This document shows positions 59,601-64,000 of a DNA stretch of 64,000 nucleotides, piece after piece. The position numbers and the translations under genes are program-made. Location of the stretch: the NCBI RefSeq assembly GCF_009914755.1, contig NC_060938.1; one strand, given 5' to 3'. Positions within the stretch are counted from its first letter, which is position 1. Each line of letters begins with the position of its first letter. The notes beneath the pieces were generated by a model. The model searched no databases. It saw nothing but the letters and a program-made list of their open reading frames with translations, and was not told the origin of the DNA. Source of the DNA: the human T2T-CHM13v2.0 reference genome, Homo sapiens.

Positions 59601-61182
59601 CAGTGTGCTGGGATGCTTGACATTCCAGGGTCTGTACCCTGGTGCCCAGCGCGCTGAGATGTTCTGAACACAGTAGGGGAGGCCACCATCTGGGATGGGG
59701 CGGAGCGAGGGCAAGGGCTGAGCGTTGGGTGTGTTGGGGGAGGGGTACAATTCGTGTTCTGCACGCACCTGATCCACAGAGCTCTGCTCCCGTGCCCACC
59801 GCCACTGGGCTCTAGCCCTGTCTGAACCGAGCTCACCAGCTGTATTTGGAGCAGGTTCCTTGGGCATCAGGTGGGCTGAGCTCTCAAGGCTGGCACACAG
59901 GTGGAACCAGGAGTGCAGCAAGTGGGCGAGCAGGTAGCTGCTTCAGTACAGACTCTGGCCTTTTTCTCCTGCTCCCCACCCTTCCAGTGGAGGGCTCCCC
60001 CACTCTCAGAAGTGCTTCCAAGATCTGGGGATGTGGTCATGGTGCCTGTCAGCCCTGGCTGAGGGCAACAGGCCTAGAATCCTCCATTGGCAGCAGCCAG
60101 CCCTGGCATGGACCTCACAGCCTGCATCTCTGCACCCCTGATGGGCTCCAGAGCTTGGGACAGGCAGGCCCTGTGCTCCCACTGTCCCCTCCAATCCTAT
60201 AAGTGGCAGATGTGACATATAAGTGAAGAATCCAGAGTGGCTCTATTTTCATTTTCACTAATGTCACCTGATAGGTCTGTGGCCACTAACATCACTGTCA
60301 GATTGGCTTAGTGAATTACAGAGGAGATACTGACCCAAGGACCCTGTGGGGCCCTGATCGCTGACACCCCACCCAGAGGGCTGCATCTCAAGAGTTCAGG
60401 ATTATGCTTGGTACCCAAATCAAGGACACCTTAAGGCCTGAAGACTTGCCCAGAGGAAGGTTCCGAGAGGGGCATAGACCTCAGCTGGGAGGAGAATCCC
60501 AGCAGTGAAGCGGGATTCTGAGAAGGCCCTTCTGGAAGCCTGTTTCTCAGCTGCACCACTCCACTCCTTTACACTCACGCTGTTGGCAGCTGAGCCCACT
60601 CTTCCCCTTCATTATTTCTCAGATTCCAGAGGCAACAGCGTGACAGCTTCTGAGCCCTGAGACAAGGAGGGGAAACTTCTAAGGCTGCCCCTGAATTGCC
60701 ACTTGGATGAAATCTCATTGTTCCTACCACCTAGAAAAGCCAGCTCCCTCCTAGGACAGCCCTAACTGGGTCAGGAGGTCCCAGGGCAGGTCAGCACCTT
60801 GGTCAGCGCAGCAGGTACTGCATGCCCCTCAGAGGGTTGATGGGGTAAAGGGAGAGAGACCCCCACCCACTTGTCTGAATGAGCCAGCTCTTGGGAACCA
60901 GAACCTGCCCAGAGCAGGGACTTGGGAGCCCTGGCCCCACCTAACCCTTCTGACATGCCTGCCTTTCTACAGGAGAGCCAGGGCTGAGCAGGGCTCAGCA
61001 AGAGACATACTGTGCTCCAGAAAATGTTGCTCATTCTCTTGGTCTTACCTGCACATGCAATTTCCTTGGGTTGTTAAACTCTTCCCCATTACTTAACTGT
61101 CCTACCCCTAATTATTCTTCAAATCTCATCCTGGAAGTCACCTCCTCTGAGAAGCTTTCCCTGATCCACAGGGTTTAGCCTG

Positions 61183-61358
61183 TAGGGCCCCCATCCCACA
61201 GTGTACAGATGTGCAAGTTGTGCACTGCACAAAAGCACCATCTCTAAGGGAATCATTGGCATCCTAGATTGGCATATTTATGAAGATGATCTTGAACAAA
61301 TGGAAGGGCAGGTTTTTCTAATTTGCACAAAGGTGCTACTGGACCTATGAGGGGCCTG
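61183..61358. mobile_element. MER91-like hAT-Tip100 MITE
   Basis: tagggcccccatcccacagtgtacagatgtgcaagttgtgcactgcacaa ... ttgcacaaaggtgc..ggggcctg. Confidence 0.6.
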
Positions 61359-62924
61359 GGCTCCACTGCCTGTGTTTGCACAGCACTCAGCACTTGACCA
61401 GACACTGCTCAAACCTCTTCATTCCTGATGCCTACCAGCCATCTATGACTACCCACTAAATTGTAAGCTTGGAGAGGAAGGTGCGGTTTTTACCACCTTC
61501 TCTACTCTCTGTCCAGGGCCTGCATGCTATGGCCTCTTCAAATGGGGGCTTAGTCAATGTAAATATTTGTCGACTGATTAGAATGTGGGATATAGAAGTT
61601 TCAAGGGTTCAACGCCTGATAGGAAAGAGAAAAGAAAACAAGGAAAGAAGAAAAGTGGCAAAAACATCTCTGGCCTACAGGGGAGACCTGGGCAGTTTGA
61701 TGCACATCTCCTGTGCAGTGGGTCCATTCCTTTCTCGCTTTCTTGAGGGATACTTTCTAATTACAATAATGATAATGATTGTAATAGCCATGGTTTATTG
61801 ACCTAATACTAAGCATGTGCATCATTTCATTTAATCTCTACAGCAGTCTACGAGGCTGGCACTATTACTATCTCCATTTTACAGATCAAGAGACTGACGC
61901 AGAGAGAGGTGATCAGGAAGAGCTGGGACTGGTACGTAGTATGTGTTAGACATTTAAGCCTGGGAGCTGAACACTACCCTTTGCTACTTCGCCAAAAATT
62001 CTATCACACTGTAAAACTGTCTACACTTATTTTTAGTTTGGAAAATATAGTCACTGCTCCACAGCTGAGTCTGATGCAAGGAACAGCCCTGCCCCTCCCA
62101 TCTTTGGGCTCCTGTCCAGCCTCCTGACAAAGCTGATTGACCAAGCTGACTGCTGACAGGCAAAGGAAATACACACCAGGCTCAGGCCCAGGCCCAGAAA
62201 GGAGGCCTGGAGGGAGAAGACAGACAAATGGGCAGAAGCCACACTCACGCACAGGCGTCTGGTCACCCTCCTCCCAATTGTGCAACTAAGACTGGGGAGA
62301 GCATCGTGAACAGGCATCTTGCTCACTCCTGAAATTGCAGTCCTTGGCACATACAAGGCACCCAGTGAGTATTTGCTGAATGAATGAATGAATGAATTAA
62401 CACATGTTAGGTTTTTCCCATCGTCCAAAAGAGGGCAAGGAACTAGGGCTCCCATACCCCAAGGATGAGGACATCTAGGACAGACATTCAACCCTAATTC
62501 AAAGTCAGGGAGGCTGGAACAGGAGGTAAGGAGATAAAGAGGAGGCCTGGGGGCCCCATCAGGGAGAGAATAAAGAAAACACTGAATCACTGAATCAAGA
62601 TCTCTGGACCCCTGGCATCTGGGAGGGGTGTGCAGGGGAACACTGAGTGAAATCCCTAAAATCTGATCAAGAATCTCTGCAAGAGAGAGCAGGCCCTTGC
62701 AGGCAATCAGATGGAGCAGGCAGGACAGACTGCACCAGCAGAGGGCTGCCAGGAGCCTCAGTGCTGGCCAGAAACACCTTCAAGGCAGGTCTGGGAAGTC
62801 TGCAGTTTACCAGCCTGTTCTACCTGCCTGGCCTCTGACACCCTGGAGGGGAAACCCTGGCAGGAGAGGGCAGGCCCAGGGAGAGCTTCCTCCACAACAC
62901 GTGACCTTGGACTCCAGCACTCAC

Positions 62925-63027
62925 CTGGTCTGGGTGGGCATGGGGCACACAAAGTCACCCCCCAGAAGGCTCCCACACTGCCACAGCAGTCCTCCTGGGT
63001 AGTCAGCTCCAGCAGAGGGTTGGCACA
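62925..63027 (-). CDS. LTBP2: LTBP2 exon 8, hybrid (8-Cys-like) domain
   Basis: [34 protein letters not shown]; ttccag| ... |gtgagt; 103 nt. Confidence 0.93.
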
Positions 63028-64000
63028 CTGGAAGGAGAGGCCATGGACACCTGTGACCACCCCCCTTCCCTCCCAGGCTGTGCACAGAGATGTCCCGGGA
63101 AAGCCTAGGACACAGAGCTCACTCCCCACATTCTGCCAGAGGATGTCCCCAGCCAAAGAAGGGGAGAAGGGAGTCAGCCCATATCCCAGAAGGAAGCAGA
63201 GAAACCTGCCATGCACTCTCCCAGCCCTAAACCTTGTGTGTGGATGGGACACCCCAGACACAAGATCTGCCCTGTGCAGGGCTGCAAACCACCACCCTCC
63301 ATGGCCCCAACCACAGACAAAGGGTCCTAAAGGAAGAGCTTCCTCTGCCTACCTCCAGGGAACTGCAGGGTCACCCACAGAGTGGGCCTTGTGAGCAGAG
63401 CCCCAGGCTCAGGGACACCCCAAGGTGAGAGGCCAGGGATGATCTGGGAATTCAGGGTGTTTACCCCTTGGCTGTCCCACCTCCTCCAGTTCCCTAATCT
63501 CAGATAGGGTTTCTGGAAATACCTTAGTTTCTGGAAACTAAGCGGTTTCCTGGCAACCCCAAGAAAAACCATACTGGGTCTGGTCTAACCCCTATTCTTG
63601 GGTGCCTGGCCTCAGAAAATCTTCCCTGATTTCCCATTATGAGCTGAGGATGGTTCCAGAGGGCAATAGGAGTATCTCTCATCTTTGTACCACCAGGGCT
63701 TTGGGGTTAACCTCCATTTGTTAATTCCACACCTCTGCGACCCCAACTGTAGCCTCAACTGGATAAAAAACTCCTGGCCAGATCCTAACAGCCCCACTGG
63801 TCCATGTGCCAGGGGTCATAGGATCAGCATCTCTAGGCTGCCTTCACCTGAGGATGCTGGTGACAGCTCCTCCAGAGGGGAACTTCCTTGGGTCCTCTTC
63901 TGTGTGCCTGGTATTGACAAGCACCAAGTAGAGCCCAGGAAGGAGGCCCAGACTCTCCATACATGGACAATTTCATGCCTTGGGTTTTCCCATCTGGGAA

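Overview
Human/primate genomic DNA that I recognise from the encoded proteins as the NPC2-ISCA2-LTBP2 locus (14q24.3 in human). From left to right: NPC2 intron 1 and coding exon 1 (- strand); a compact CpG-island bidirectional promoter with about 500 nt between the two ATGs; the complete 4-exon ISCA2 gene (+, 154 aa), whose third intron must be GC-AG; and, convergent with it, the 3' part of LTBP2 (-). I traced 29 LTBP2 coding exons, each flanked by a canonical AG acceptor and, except the terminal exon, a GT donor. They total 3780 nt in one frame and encode cbEGF and TB/8-Cys modules. Exon numbers 8-36 assume the known 36-exon model. Introns are rich in Alu, MIR/L2, old L1, a solo LTR8 with an intact 4-bp TSD, MLT1 LTRs and hAT DNA-transposon fossils (MER53, MER5, MER91, a Charlie-type transposase relic). 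I find no evidence for a wholly new gene or system; almost all long ORFs in the track are GC-rich shadows or Alu-derived. The best leads are regulatory: a CTCF core 15 nt downstream of a 20-nt LTBP2 micro-exon that is frame-coupled to a 40-nt exon, the ISCA2 GC-AG intron, a MER53 hairpin in the ISCA2 3' region, an inverted Alu pair only about 30 nt apart, a CA/CG Z-DNA tract over a branch-point region, and two local duplications. Repeat subfamily names come from recalled consensus sequences and need RepeatMasker/Dfam confirmation.
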